Source of the DNA: Bdellovibrionota bacterium
GTDB taxonomy: Bacteria > Bdellovibrionota_C > UBA2361 > CAKMMH01
DNA length: 64,000 bases
Direction of reading: 5' to 3'
Assembly (NCBI GenBank): GCA_050952645.1
Contig: JBMNLI010000010.1
Location: 128,001-192,000 of the forward strand
In this document: positions 10,268 to 21,578 of the stretch, one piece after another
Position numbering within the stretch: position 1 is the stretch's first letter
How the letters are laid out: every line of letters starts with the position of its first letter
The notes under the pieces: model-generated
Database searches by the model: none
Told to the model about the DNA's origin: nothing
Seen by the model: only the letters and a program-made list of their open reading frames with translations
Position numbers and translations under genes: made by a program

Positions 10268-11644
10268 ATGGAAACTTCGCTTCAAAAAACTTATAAATAT
10301 AAGACTTTTAACTTTGATAGCTACGAATTTAACAAAGACACTCTTAAGCTAGAATTAAATTATTCATTAGATAACGAGATTAAGTTTACAGAAACTCTAC
10401 AATTTGAACACAAGATAGATTTTAAGCATATAAATGAAGGCAATTTAAATACTATCTTAAAAAATGTTCATTTGGCGTTTGGGGTTAGCTATTACAAAAC
10501 GTATTGTCCTAAAAATATTAGCTTGCCTTTTTATAAGCTTACTGAAAATGAAGCAAATTTTTGGTCTGCGTTTTATAAAAACAGCCTTGGAGAGTTTTGT
10601 TTTAAAAACGAGCTTGACCCTAGTATAATAGCTACTTTTCCTTTTAATAACGACTATACCTTAAAGGCTTTTAATGTGGAACTTAAAAAACGCTATCTTC
10701 TCCCGATAGGTGGCGGAAAGGATTCTATCTTAAGTGCTAATATATTAAAACATTTAGGAAAGGACACTACGGCTTTCGTTTTAAAACCTCATAAACTTAT
10801 CGATGCTGGGATAGAGCTTCTAGGCTTAGATGCGATACGAATTAACAGAGTGCTTTGTCCTAATATTTTTGAGCTTAATAAGCAAGGGGCGCTTAATGGA
10901 CACGTTCCGATAACGGGTTTTATATCTTTTTTATTGATTCTTAGTGCTTACTTATATGATTTTAGCGACGTAGTGCTTTCTTTAGAAAATAGTGCTAGTG
11001 AAGAGCAGGCTTATATTGGGGATTTTAAAGTCAATCATCAATATTCTAAGTCTATTATTTTTGAAGAAGCGTTTATAAAACATTTAAAAGAAAATATTTC
11101 AAAAGATTTTAATTACTATAGCTTACTTCGCCCCTTTAATGAGCTTTTAATTGCTAAACTTTTTGCTAGTGATGCTTTAGATTGTAAAAAGCATTTTACT
11201 TCTTTTAGTAGTTGTAATAAAAATTTTACGATAGGAAATCCTTTAAAAGAAAGGTGGTGTGCAAATTGTCCTAAATGTGCTTTCGTATATCTACTTTTTG
11301 CTCCATTTTTATCTGATGATGATTTAAATTTAATTTTCGAGGATAATTTTTTAGCAAAGACCGCGTTAAAGGAAACCTACTTAGAGCTTTTAGGGTTAAG
11401 GGAACATAGACCTTTTGAATGTGTAGGCTCGTTAGATGAGACTATCGTTTCTTTTTATCTATTATATAAGCAGAAGCGTTTTTTAGATACAGAGCCATTA
11501 AAGGAATTTATAAAAAATATCATTAGCACTAAAACTATTAGTGAGCTAGAGGCGCTTTCAAAGCGTGTAATGTCTATACAAAAAGAGCACTTTATAACAG
11601 ACGATAAAATAATAAAATTTTTAAAAAAGCTTAGTTTAAGATGA
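10268..11644 (+). CDS. murL: UDP-MurNAc-L-Ala-L-Glu epimerase MurL
   Basis: GGGKDS, LNGHVP, NHQYSKS, FSSCN, WCANCPKC, PFECVG; overlaps the following murD-type gene. Confidence 0.85.
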   Translation: METSLQKTYKYKTFNFDSYEFNKDTLKLELNYSLDNEIKFTETLQFEHKIDFKHINEGNLNTILKNVHLAFGVSYYKTYCPKNISLPFYKLTENEANFWSAFYKNSLGEFCFKNELDPSIIATFPFNNDYTLKAFNVELKKRYLLPIGGGKDSILSANILKHLGKDTTAFVLKPHKLIDAGIELLGLDAIRINRVLCPNIFELNKQGALNGHVPITGFISFLLILSAYLYDFSDVVLSLENSASEEQAYIGDFKVNHQYSKSIIFEEAFIKHLKENISKDFNYYSLLRPFNELLIAKLFASDALDCKKHFTSFSSCNKNFTIGNPLKERWCANCPKCAFVYLLFAPFLSDDDLNLIFEDNFLAKTALKETYLELLGLREHRPFECVGSLDETIVSFYLLYKQKRFLDTEPLKEFIKNIISTKTISELEALSKRVMSIQKEHFITDDKIIKFLKKLSLR

Positions 11645-13068
11645 ATGGGAAAATAAAAAATAATATAAAAAATAATAATAAAAATAAAGATAAATATATA
11701 ATCCTTGGGCTTCGAGTAGAGGGGCAAGCTAGTTTAGAGTTTTTACTTACTAAAACACTGCCTCAAAACATAGTATTAGCCGACCAAAATAAGGAGGCGT
11801 TAAAAAATGAAAAGCTTTCGATGCTTTCAAAGGATATTCCTGCTAAGAATTTATTTTTAGGCGATAATTATTTAGATGCTTTAGATAGTGGAAATATAGT
11901 AGTTAAAAGTGCTGGAATTTGTATAAATAAAACGGAAAAATTAAAAAATTATATTGAAGATAATAAATTAAGATTAAGCTCTAATACCGATTTATTTTAT
12001 GAGAATAAAAAAGGAAAAGTTATAGCCGTTTCAGGTTCAAAGGGGAAAAGCACTACTACTACTCTTACTTATGAAATTTTTAAAAATGCTAAATTTGATG
12101 CTAGACTTATTGGAAACATTGGAAACCCTGGCACTTACGAGCTAAAGACTGAAACTTCAGACACTATATATATTTTTGAAATGTCTAGCTATCAACTAGA
12201 AAATCTTAATCATAAGATAGATGTAGGTATTTTTACAAGTTTTTTTAGAGAACATTTAGACTATCATTTAACGCTTGAGAACTATAAAAATGCGAAATTA
12301 AATTTGCCTAAAAATATAAAAGATGATGGAGCTTTTATATATAATCCATCACTTCTTGAAACGTTACTTGGATTTAGCAAAGTGCTAGATGATTTAAAGT
12401 GCAAGAAGCTAGCGTCTATAGATGAGCATAATTACATAAAAGATGGGTATATTTTCGTTTGTGATAAAAAATTTATAAATACTTCAGAACTTTTTATTAT
12501 AGGAGAGCATAATTATAAGAATGTTCTGTTAGCGATAAGAGCTGCGAAACTTTTTAATATAGAAGATGAGATAATAAAAGAAACGCTTAGAAATTTCAAA
12601 CCGCTTCCTCATAGGCTTGCAGCCGTAGGGGCTATAAATGGAGTGCATTTTATAGATGATGCCATTTCTACCACTCCAGAGTCTACCATAGCTGCGATAG
12701 AAAGTTCAAGTTTACCGATATACTCCATTATTTTAGGGGGATTAGATAGGGGGTATGATTTTAAAGAGCTTATAGAAAAAGTTTTTAAGAAAGATATTAA
12801 AAGGATAGCTTTTTTAAAGGATAGTGGCGTTAGGATAAGAGAGGAGCTTATAAAATTTTATGAATTAAAAGAAAAAGAAGTGCCAGAAAATAAAATTTTT
12901 GATTCTATGCATGGCATTATAGATTTTTGTGCTAAAGATGCTCCTAAAGATACTATTTGCCTACTTTCCTGCGCCTCTCCTAGTTATAGCATATTTAAAA
13001 ATTATATAGAGAAAGGAAATTTATTTAGAGAAGAGATAAAACGCTGGGAAGAAAATAAGATAGGATAA
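11641..13068 (+). CDS. murD: MurD-family ligase, probably L-Glu-adding MurD2
   Basis: GSKGKSTTT, GNIG, EMSSYQL, EHLDYH, HRL, DDAISTTP, GGLDRG; ATGA overlap with murL. Confidence 0.88.
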   Translation: MNGKIKNNIKNNNKNKDKYIILGLRVEGQASLEFLLTKTLPQNIVLADQNKEALKNEKLSMLSKDIPAKNLFLGDNYLDALDSGNIVVKSAGICINKTEKLKNYIEDNKLRLSSNTDLFYENKKGKVIAVSGSKGKSTTTTLTYEIFKNAKFDARLIGNIGNPGTYELKTETSDTIYIFEMSSYQLENLNHKIDVGIFTSFFREHLDYHLTLENYKNAKLNLPKNIKDDGAFIYNPSLLETLLGFSKVLDDLKCKKLASIDEHNYIKDGYIFVCDKKFINTSELFIIGEHNYKNVLLAIRAAKLFNIEDEIIKETLRNFKPLPHRLAAVGAINGVHFIDDAISTTPESTIAAIESSSLPIYSIILGGLDRGYDFKELIEKVFKKDIKRIAFLKDSGVRIREELIKFYELKEKEVPENKIFDSMHGIIDFCAKDAPKDTICLLSCASPSYSIFKNYIEKGNLFREEIKRWEENKIG

Positions 13069-13162
13069 AATAAAATAAAATAAAATAAAACTTTATTATT
13101 TTTTTATACTTTCCGATATAAGTACCAAGTAGTTTAAAAATATTTCGGAGTAGTAATAAAAT

Positions 13163-15688
13163 ATGACAATTATTTCAGCCCCTAAAACTCAGGCAAATAA
13201 TATGACGCCTAGTGCGCAGCAACAAAATAGCCATAAAAATGATTTAGCTAATACAGGATTAAGGACAGAAAATAACGGTGAAATTTTTAAACAATTAATG
13301 GCTAACCAAAATGCCCAAACTAATGCAAAAAAAGACAGTATTGTTGTTAGAGGACAAGAAGCAAATAACACTTCCAAGCAGGATACTCAAGAAAGGGCAA
13401 ATAATCAAAGTACAAATATTAAGGAAACAGCTACAAGAACTGAAGAACCAAAAGAAAACTTAGAAGAAACATATAAATATATTGCTACGAAAACCACAAC
13501 ACAAACTCGTGATATCTATAATATACAAGTAGCAGAAGGCACTGCCCTTTGCGATTATCGTGGAATAGAATATAAAACCGACCAAAATGGCAATGTAAAT
13601 TTCTCTATACCAAAAAACTATAAAGGGACATTATATGTAAAAGATAAGGCTACCGGTAAAATCTTAAAAGATGCACAAGGGAAACCTTATACAATTGTTA
13701 TTTTTAACACTAGAAACGCAGAGACGACTCAGGAATTTACCATTAATCACGCTAGCAATAATCAGACTACAACGAACCAAACACGTAGCATAGAAATTCA
13801 AAACCCTTTAAATCGAACAATGCAAGAACAACCATCAGAAACTAAAGAAAATTTAAATAAAGAAGATTTATCAAATATAAAAATTACTAAAAGTGGAGAT
13901 TACCAAAGTAATTATGGAGCTTTTAGCTCTTTTCGATGCGAACTTCCAAATGGAGTAAATGTTGCAATTCCTATAAGAACACAAAATGGCACTAAACTCC
14001 AAATATACAAAAATGGAGAATTTAGTCTCTATCATGGCTCGACCGCAACCATCTTCTTAGTAGATCAAAATGGAGATAAATTAAAAGATGATAATGGAAA
14101 TGAATTATCTTGCAAATTTACCAATAGTCATAATCCTTCCGATAGCTTAAATTTCGGAGCATCAAATATAATTAAAGAAGAAAAGGAACAAGAAAATACT
14201 AATAATATAGTTGGTGGGAATGTAGCGTTTCAAACTATTACTACAAATAAAACTGAAACGTATGTAGAGAGACGAAGAGGACTTTTTGGTAGAGCACGAC
14301 ACTCACAGCCCCACACAAGAAATGTACAAGCGACCACTACAAGTGCTGCTATAACATTAGATGAAGGAGTGTCTGTATATTTTACTCAGCCTACTGAAGC
14401 TAAGGAAAATGAAAATAGCTTAAGCTTTAATATCGATAAACCCACTACATTTTGCACGATAAAAGACAATGAAGTCCAAAATGTATATACGATAAGTCCT
14501 GAAAACAAAGGCAAAATCAGTGAAACACTAGGAGAAGAAAAGAAAAAAGCTATCGACTCTTATAATAAAAGGCTACTACCAATAAATGATACAAAAGAAA
14601 CTATTCTAACTGCAAGAGAATATATAAAACTTAAAAGAAATGATGAGAACAATATTACAAATATTTCTATAAATACTGAAAATTATACAAATAATCTTTC
14701 ACTAGAAGATAAAAATTTTGTAGATACAGAAAGAAACATTGTTGAAAATATTAAACTTTATGCAGATGGAAATTTATCGTTTACTACCCAAACGCTTGAA
14801 GATAATAAAAATAAAACTTTTATTCATAAAATCGATGCTAACGGAACTTACACAAAAGAAGAACTTAAAGGCAATATCTTTAATGCAAAAGTTAATGTAT
14901 TAGAATATTCAGACCTTCCTAATAATAACCAAGAAGAAGCTAAAGAAGGAAATATACAAAAAATAACAAGAACAATAAGACCAGATAAGGAAACCTTAAA
15001 TGGAGATGCACGTAAGACACTACAATTTGCCAAAAAAAATAACACTATGCCTTTATTCTTTGTAAGCGTTCACGGTAATTTAAACTATAACACAATGACA
15101 GGTCGTAATTCAGATTGGATAAATATAATAGCAAGCCAAGCAAAGGAAGTAGGTTATGATGGCCCAATAGTAATTCAAATGCAACATTGTTACTCGGTAG
15201 TAACTCGACAAGAAAGAGAGGCGATGAGTAATTTACCAGCAGGCTCTTATTTAATAAAATCACAAGACAATAATCTTAGCTACTACAATCCAAACACTCC
15301 TCAATCTGCCGATGGAAGCACTATACCTGAAGCTCAAAATGCATCTACATTAAGTAATATAGCATATTTTGCTACACATGTTATAGCATCAAGCAATAAT
15401 ATAACAGCAGCAATCGTTACTAAAAATAAAGAGGTAGAGATATTTGCTGAAAAAAACCCATTTCAAATATTATCTGCTAACGGGCAGCTTTTATGCAAAA
15501 GTAAATCAAATGATGAACTCCCTAATTTTGACGAAAACGAAGCAAGAAATATATTAGAAAATTCTGGAGTTGTTCAAAACAGAATAAATTTTTATATATC
15601 TCATTCTAAATTTCAATTTGGAGCGAAACTTATAAAATATGCAAACGAGCAAACGGATTATCCATTTAGCTCAATTTTAAACAATTAG
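13163..15688 (+). CDS. Large hypothetical N/T/Q-rich protein; possible caspase-fold protease domain near the C-terminus
   Basis: 841-aa ORF with SD GGAG; no recognisable family; FFVSVHG...IQMQHCYS. Confidence 0.7.
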   Translation: MTIISAPKTQANNMTPSAQQQNSHKNDLANTGLRTENNGEIFKQLMANQNAQTNAKKDSIVVRGQEANNTSKQDTQERANNQSTNIKETATRTEEPKENLEETYKYIATKTTTQTRDIYNIQVAEGTALCDYRGIEYKTDQNGNVNFSIPKNYKGTLYVKDKATGKILKDAQGKPYTIVIFNTRNAETTQEFTINHASNNQTTTNQTRSIEIQNPLNRTMQEQPSETKENLNKEDLSNIKITKSGDYQSNYGAFSSFRCELPNGVNVAIPIRTQNGTKLQIYKNGEFSLYHGSTATIFLVDQNGDKLKDDNGNELSCKFTNSHNPSDSLNFGASNIIKEEKEQENTNNIVGGNVAFQTITTNKTETYVERRRGLFGRARHSQPHTRNVQATTTSAAITLDEGVSVYFTQPTEAKENENSLSFNIDKPTTFCTIKDNEVQNVYTISPENKGKISETLGEEKKKAIDSYNKRLLPINDTKETILTAREYIKLKRNDENNITNISINTENYTNNLSLEDKNFVDTERNIVENIKLYADGNLSFTTQTLEDNKNKTFIHKIDANGTYTKEELKGNIFNAKVNVLEYSDLPNNNQEEAKEGNIQKITRTIRPDKETLNGDARKTLQFAKKNNTMPLFFVSVHGNLNYNTMTGRNSDWINIIASQAKEVGYDGPIVIQMQHCYSVVTRQEREAMSNLPAGSYLIKSQDNNLSYYNPNTPQSADGSTIPEAQNASTLSNIAYFATHVIASSNNITAAIVTKNKEVEIFAEKNPFQILSANGQLLCKSKSNDELPNFDENEARNILENSGVVQNRINFYISHSKFQFGAKLIKYANEQTDYPFSSILNN

Positions 15689-15747
15689 TGTTTGTAATTT
15701 TTAGCTAACTTTCACTTAAGTTTCCCTATTTTAACTAACTGCTCTTT

Positions 15748-17220
15748 CTATTTCTCTACACCCTTAGAAATATCCTTAGAGGTTTCTAAAAATTTATTTA
15801 ATGTATTCTTAGATATTTTTCCATCATTTACTACGGCGTTTCCTCCAATGCATCCCCCTTCACAACACATCACCTCGCAAAGTGTGCAACCTTTAGAAAA
15901 CTCTTTGCCACTTTCTACTAACTTAGGAAGCGACCTTAACTCTCTAAAAGTTTCCTTGTTTATGCCATTTATAATCTTAACATTTATATTTTCATTATTA
16001 GCTTTAAACCGAACGGCTTCAGCAACTCCTCCACTAAGCGGAAACCCTCTTCCTTGCTTTGATGGCTCAACTCTAAAACTTTCTTCCTTACAATCTAAAA
16101 TATCGATTTCTAACGCTAATAAAAGGGCGTCTAACTCCTCAAAGTTTATAACAAAATCAACATTCGCATCTATATTCATTTCTGCCTTTTTTGCAACACA
16201 CGGACTTATAAAAACCGTTTTCGCATCTTCATAAAGTTTTTTTGAAATTTCCGCAGTAAAAGATACGGGAGTACGTGTGTCAGATACGTATTCTTTTAAC
16301 TCTGGTATAAATTTTTTTACTAACTCTTTATAACCTGCACAACAAGACGTAGTCATAAGCTTCGCTCCATCTTTACATCGCTTTAAAAGCTCCCTAGCCT
16401 CAGCGTTTATCGTCTTATCTGCCCCTTCGGAAACTTCTATAACATCAAAAAAACCTGCTTTTTTTATAGCCGCCCTTAATTGATAAATATTCCCCTTAAA
16501 TTGCCCTACGATTGCTGGTGCTATAAGAGCTACTAACTTTTCCTTATTTTTAAGCCTTTTAATAACATCTACTATTTGACTTATCTCATTGACTGCGCCA
16601 AATGGACAAGCCATCATACACTTTCCGCAACTTATACATTTATCATAATTTATTTTTGCAAAACCATTTTCATTTTTCAATATAGCACCAACAGGACAAG
16701 CAGTTTCACAAGGCACAGTCCTTTTTACTATCGCTCCATAAGGACACTCTTTTACGCATATTAAACAATTTTTACACTTATTAGCATCTATTTGAGCCTT
16801 TCCATTTACTACATTTATCGCATCAAACTTGCACGCATTCTGACACGGTCTTGCAATGCAACCTTGGCAAAGGTTCGTAACGAACACTCGGCTTGGAACA
16901 CACCCTTTGCAAGCATTATCTAACACGGTTAAATGAGTAGTGCCTACATTTTCTCTCTCTAATGCCCTAATAGCATACTCCCTAAGCCCCTCTTCTTCAT
17001 TATCTTCTTCTAATGGAAAACCTAAAAATGCTACTACTCTATCTCTTATAACGGCTCTTTCTTTATAAATACAACATCTATACGATGCTTCCGAATCTTT
17101 CGGTCTCATTTCAAAAGGAACCTTTCTTATATTACTTGGGAAATCCCCTTTATAAAAAGCTCTTATCAACCTTACTAATATTTCTTTATTTAAATGCATC
17201 GATTTTAATATATTAGCCAT
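15748..17220 (-). CDS. Monomeric [FeFe] hydrogenase (group B-like) with N-terminal 4Fe-4S ferredoxin domains
   Basis: H-cluster motifs TTSCCAG, SPCVAKKAE, EVMCCEGGCIGG plus several CxxCxxCxxxCP motifs. Confidence 0.9.
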   Translation of the reverse strand: MANILKSMHLNKEILVRLIRAFYKGDFPSNIRKVPFEMRPKDSEASYRCCIYKERAVIRDRVVAFLGFPLEEDNEEEGLREYAIRALERENVGTTHLTVLDNACKGCVPSRVFVTNLCQGCIARPCQNACKFDAINVVNGKAQIDANKCKNCLICVKECPYGAIVKRTVPCETACPVGAILKNENGFAKINYDKCISCGKCMMACPFGAVNEISQIVDVIKRLKNKEKLVALIAPAIVGQFKGNIYQLRAAIKKAGFFDVIEVSEGADKTINAEARELLKRCKDGAKLMTTSCCAGYKELVKKFIPELKEYVSDTRTPVSFTAEISKKLYEDAKTVFISPCVAKKAEMNIDANVDFVINFEELDALLLALEIDILDCKEESFRVEPSKQGRGFPLSGGVAEAVRFKANNENINVKIINGINKETFRELRSLPKLVESGKEFSKGCTLCEVMCCEGGCIGGNAVVNDGKISKNTLNKFLETSKDISKGVEK

Positions 17221-17265
17221 TTACACCTAATCCCTAAAAAAGTTCTCTAAATTATCGAAATGAAA

Positions 17266-17322
17266 AGAACTAGCAATAATACAAACTAGCAACACACAAA
17301 CTAGCAATAGATAAACTAGCAA
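17266..17322. repeat. ~16-bp tandem repeat (core AACTAGCAA) x4
   Basis: Direct repeats upstream of the hydrogenase start. Confidence 0.7.
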
Positions 17323-17663
17323 CGCTATATCTTACAATATATTTTTATAAATCTCTACATAAAACTAAAATACTTAAATTCCTTAAAATTCTTTTCGTAG
17401 CCAATACCCACATTTATAATTGACTTAAAAACTTCATTTTGAGAAAATAATTAGCATTATTTGCGGATTTGCAAACTTGTAGATTTGCGAACTTGTGGAT
17501 CGTAAATTTTAGGGTTTTACTCGTTTTATTGTAAATTATTATTATAAATTATTATTATAATTTTTTATAGAAAATAAAAAAATTATAAAGCGAAATTTTT
17601 TCGTGAAATATTTTTCAAATAAAAGGTTCCATATAATATACCACACAATATAAAGGAGAAGAT

Positions 17664-18302
17664 ATGAAATTAACTTCCTTTACCCTTGCACTAGCAATTA
17701 TGCTTGCTACAACCTTGCCTTCCTGCTTTATTACTGGTTGCAGTGAAGAAAAACAAGAAGCTAACATTGCTAACACTAAAGATATCTGTGATATCGCTCA
17801 TATCACTAACGCCGTCTTGGAAAAAGGCTCTTGGGTAAAAGACGGAACTAAGCCTAGAACGCTTACTAGCTACTCGGGAGACTTAGCGCTTATACAAGAT
17901 GGCGAGCAAGATTTATTTGGCGAGTTCGATGCCTCCTTTGATATTAACGATAAGACTTACAACACGAGATCGTTTCTCTGGGTTAACAAAAATAGCGAGC
18001 CTTTAACTAAAGGGCTTGCAAAGCTTGAAAACATTATCAAAGACGGAAAAGACAAAGTTAAGAGTGATGATGAAAATTTACATCTTCACCCATCAGTTAT
18101 CTTCGAGTATCCGCTTCAATATCAAGCAAAAACATCTTACGTTAAAGGCTTTAACGGCTTAACCCTAATTAGCTATCATGGCATTTTAAAAATAGGCGAT
18201 GTAGGTAAATTCGCAAACGACCCTACATATCTTATCGGCTTAGATAGAAGAGAAAAAAACGATATCGAAAATAGGTTGGTATACATTATCAGAATCCACT
18301 GA
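17664..18302 (+). CDS. Hypothetical lipoprotein
   Basis: SD AAAGGAG; signal peptide ending in ITGC. Confidence 0.75.
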   Translation: MKLTSFTLALAIMLATTLPSCFITGCSEEKQEANIANTKDICDIAHITNAVLEKGSWVKDGTKPRTLTSYSGDLALIQDGEQDLFGEFDASFDINDKTYNTRSFLWVNKNSEPLTKGLAKLENIIKDGKDKVKSDDENLHLHPSVIFEYPLQYQAKTSYVKGFNGLTLISYHGILKIGDVGKFANDPTYLIGLDRREKNDIENRLVYIIRIH

Positions 18303-18401
18303 TAAGGGTACACTGATAAGAGCACCACCTAGCAGCCACATTTAATATCCATAACTAATATCCACAACTAATATCCACATTGCTATAAGCAAAATTACTA
18401 T

Positions 18402-18440
18402 AAGCGAGCAGGAGAAACATTCTTCCTACTCGCTTTTTTT
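18402..18440. terminator. Intrinsic terminator between the convergent lipoprotein gene and adhE
   Basis: AAGCGAGCAGGA...TCCTACTCGCTT stem followed by a T run. Confidence 0.75.
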
Positions 18441-18477
18441 ATTAGTTCTTTTTATCCTAAGCTTTTAGCTAGCTTCT

Positions 18478-21184
18478 TTACGATAATCTTAACTTTCTTC
18501 CATAATATGCATCTGTATATATTTGCTTTATATCTGATATTAGCGGATAAGCTGGGTTTGCTCCCGTGCATTGATCATCGAATGCTAACTCTGAAAGCTC
18601 ATCTAAAGAACTAAAAAAATCTTCTTCAGATATTCCCATATCTTTTATGCTACTAGGAATTTCTATCTCTTTCTTTAATTTAGTTATAGCATTTATTAGT
18701 TTTTGCACTTTCTCATCATCGCTTTTTCCGCCTAATTTTAACGCATCTGCAAACTCTGCATACCTTTTCTTAGCGTTAGGATATTTATACTGAGGAAAAG
18801 CACACTGTTTTTCTGGGCGATCCGTTGCATTATATTCAATTACATGATTTAACAAAAGTGCATTTGCTATTCCATGTGCAATATTAAACTTAGCACCGAG
18901 CTTATGAGCCATCGAATGGCAAATTCCTAAAAATGCATTAGCAAAAGCCATACCTGCAATAGTTGCAGCGTAATGTATTTTTTCTCTAGCGGTAGGATCA
19001 TCTTTCCCGTTTTTATACGCTCTAGGTAAATACTCAAATATTAGTTTTGTAGCCTCCGTGGCATTTGCATCGGTAAAGTTTGTAGCCATAGATGATACGT
19101 AAGCCTCCACAGCGTGAGATAGTGCATCGATACCTGAAGCGGCCGTTAACCCCTTTGGCATACCATCTACAAAATTAGGATCCACTATCGCAACATTAGG
19201 AGTTAGTGCATAATCTGCTATGGCGTATTTAACATGCGTCTTATCATCGGTAATAATTGAAAAAGGCGTAACCTCAGAACCAGTTCCCGATGTTGTAGGA
19301 ATTGCTACCATAAGAGCTTTTTTACCTAACTCTGGAATACTACAAATTCTTTTTCTTATATCCATAAAACGCATCGATATATCTTCAAAATTAGTATCTG
19401 GGGCTTCATACATTAACCAAATAATTTTTGCAGCGTCCATTGGAGAGCCACCACCTAATGCGATAATAATATCTGGCTCGTAAGACCTAACGACTTTTAA
19501 AGCCTCCTCTATGGTCGATAAAGTTGGGTCTGGCTTAACATCGAAAAACACTTGGTGAGCGATATTTATATCGTCTAAAACTTTAGTAATGTTTTTTGCT
19601 ACGCCGCTAGTATAGAGATATTTATCAGTTACTATAAACGCTCTTTTTCTTCCCTCTAATTCTCTAAGTGCTAAATCTACTGCACCACGTTTAAAATAAA
19701 TTTTTGATGGAACTTTAAACCAAAGCATATTTTCTCTCCTTTCAGCAACCGTTTTATAATTTAATAAATGCTTAATGCCAACATTTTCACTAACCGAGTT
19801 TCCTCCCCAAGAACCGCAACCTATAGTTAACGATGGCTCAAGCCTAAAGTTATAAAGATCTCCTATTCCTCCTTGTGATGATGGTGAGTTTATAAGCAAT
19901 CTTCCAGTAGGTATTTTCTTTGCAAAATAATCTATCCTATCACTAGTTCTATCATCTGTATAAAGCACTGCCGTGTGCCCAGCACCTCCTAAAAGCACTA
20001 ACTTATAAGCCATATCGGTCGCCGTTTCAAAATCTTTCGCTTTATACATAGCTAAAATTGGAGATAATTTTTCGTGAGAAAAAGGGTCAGTCGCATCGAC
20101 TTCTTTTCTTTCTGCTATTAGCACTTTTACATCTTTACTAATCTCAACGCCTGCTAACTTTGCTACCGTGCTTGCACTTTGTCCTACTATTGCAGGATTA
20201 ACTCCCCTTTCAGTTAAAATTATCTTAGCGATTTTTTCTTTTTCTTTATTTGATAAGATGTAAGAACCTCTATATTCAAATTCTTTTTTTACCTCTTCAT
20301 ACACTTTATCAACTACTATGACTGCTTGCTCAGATGCGCATATCATACCATTATCAAAAGTCTTTGACATTATAATTGAGGATACTGCCATTTTAATATC
20401 ACTAGTTTCATCGATAATAGCAGGCGTATTTCCAGCCCCGACACCTAGAGCAGGCTTTCCAGAAGAGTAAGCAGCCTTTACCATGCCAGGACCTCCCGTT
20501 GCTAAAATTACATCTACCTTAGGATGTGTCATAAGTCTATTTGAAAGCTCTATACTTGGCTCATCTATCCAAGCGATTATATCCTTAGGAGCACCAGCCT
20601 CTAGAGCAGCCTCTAGCACTATTTTTGCAGCCTCTTTGGTCGACTTTTTAGCTCTAGGGTGTGGTGAGAAAATTATCGCATTTCTAGTCTTTAATGCGAT
20701 TAAAGATTTAAAAATTGCCGTAGAGCTAGGGTTAGTCGTAGGAACTATTCCAGCTAAAACTCCAAGTGGAGCTGCTAGAATTTTTATTCCATTTTCTTTA
20801 TCTTCTTCTATAATATCGCAAGTTTTAGTATTTTTATGCTTATTGTAAATATACTCTGAAGCAAAATGATTTTTTATGACTTTATCTTCTACTACTCCCA
20901 TTTTAGTCTCTTCAAAAGCAAGTTTTGCTAGTGGAATTCTCGCCTTTGCGGCAGCAGCACATGCCGCTTTAAAAAATCTTATCTACTTTTTCTTGTGGGA
21001 ACTTGGCATAAATTTCTTGTGCCTCTTTTACTCTATCTATTAGGTCGTCTAAATTTTTTAAACTATCGACCAATACTTTTTCTTCCTTACTATTTTTATC
21101 TTTTACATTTTTATCTTTAACATTTTTATCTTTAACATTTTTATCTTTAATTTTACTTTTTAAGCTTTCACTTACTTTTGCCAT
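18478..21184 (-). CDS. adhE: Bifunctional acetaldehyde-CoA/alcohol dehydrogenase AdhE, split by a 1-nt frameshift at a T6 run (20971-20976)
   Basis: Removing one T joins ORF 20969..21184 to 18478..20901 through VDKIFKAACAAAAKARIPLAKLAFEETKMGVVEDK; motifs KTFDNGMICASEQ, GGGSPMDAAK, GICHSMAH. Confidence 0.92.
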
Positions 21185-21490
21185 ATATTAAGACTCCTAA
21201 AATAACTTTGATTTTTTAAACCTTTTAATTTTAATTTATAAATATAAACTCTACGTATGCTTATAGTCAATAAAGTAAATCGATATTTATACTTATAAAC
21301 TTTTTAGATGCAAGAAGTTTTAAAAATTATTCAATTATCTTTATTTTATCTTTTTATTATGTTTTCACTATATAAATTAAAGTTTTTTTTAAATACAGCT
21401 TATAAACTATTGCAATAAAATTTAATTAGTTTTAAATTGAAAAAGATTATTTAAATAACTGTTTAAATAAATGCTTTTACTAATGCTTTT

Positions 21491-21563
21491 GCGGATGTGG
21501 CTCAGTTGGTAGAGCGCTTGCTTCCCAAGCAAGATGTCGCGGGTTCGAGTCCCGTCATCCGCT
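21491..21563 (+). tRNA. tRNA-Gly (anticodon CCC), CCA not encoded
   Basis: GCGGATG/CATCCGC acceptor stem, CTTGC-TTCCCAA-GCAAG anticodon arm, GTTCGAG T-loop. Confidence 0.95.
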
Positions 21564-21578
21564 TATAAAAACTTTAAC

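Noticed and set aside
17601..17618. Rex-like operator TCGTGAAATATTTTTCAA
   Set aside because: Three mismatches in a very AT-rich background, far from the hydrogenase start, and no match seen upstream of adhE
18343..18379. ATATCCACA repeats as DnaA boxes
   Set aside because: They are part of a 13-bp tandem duplication like many others here, and each mismatches the consensus
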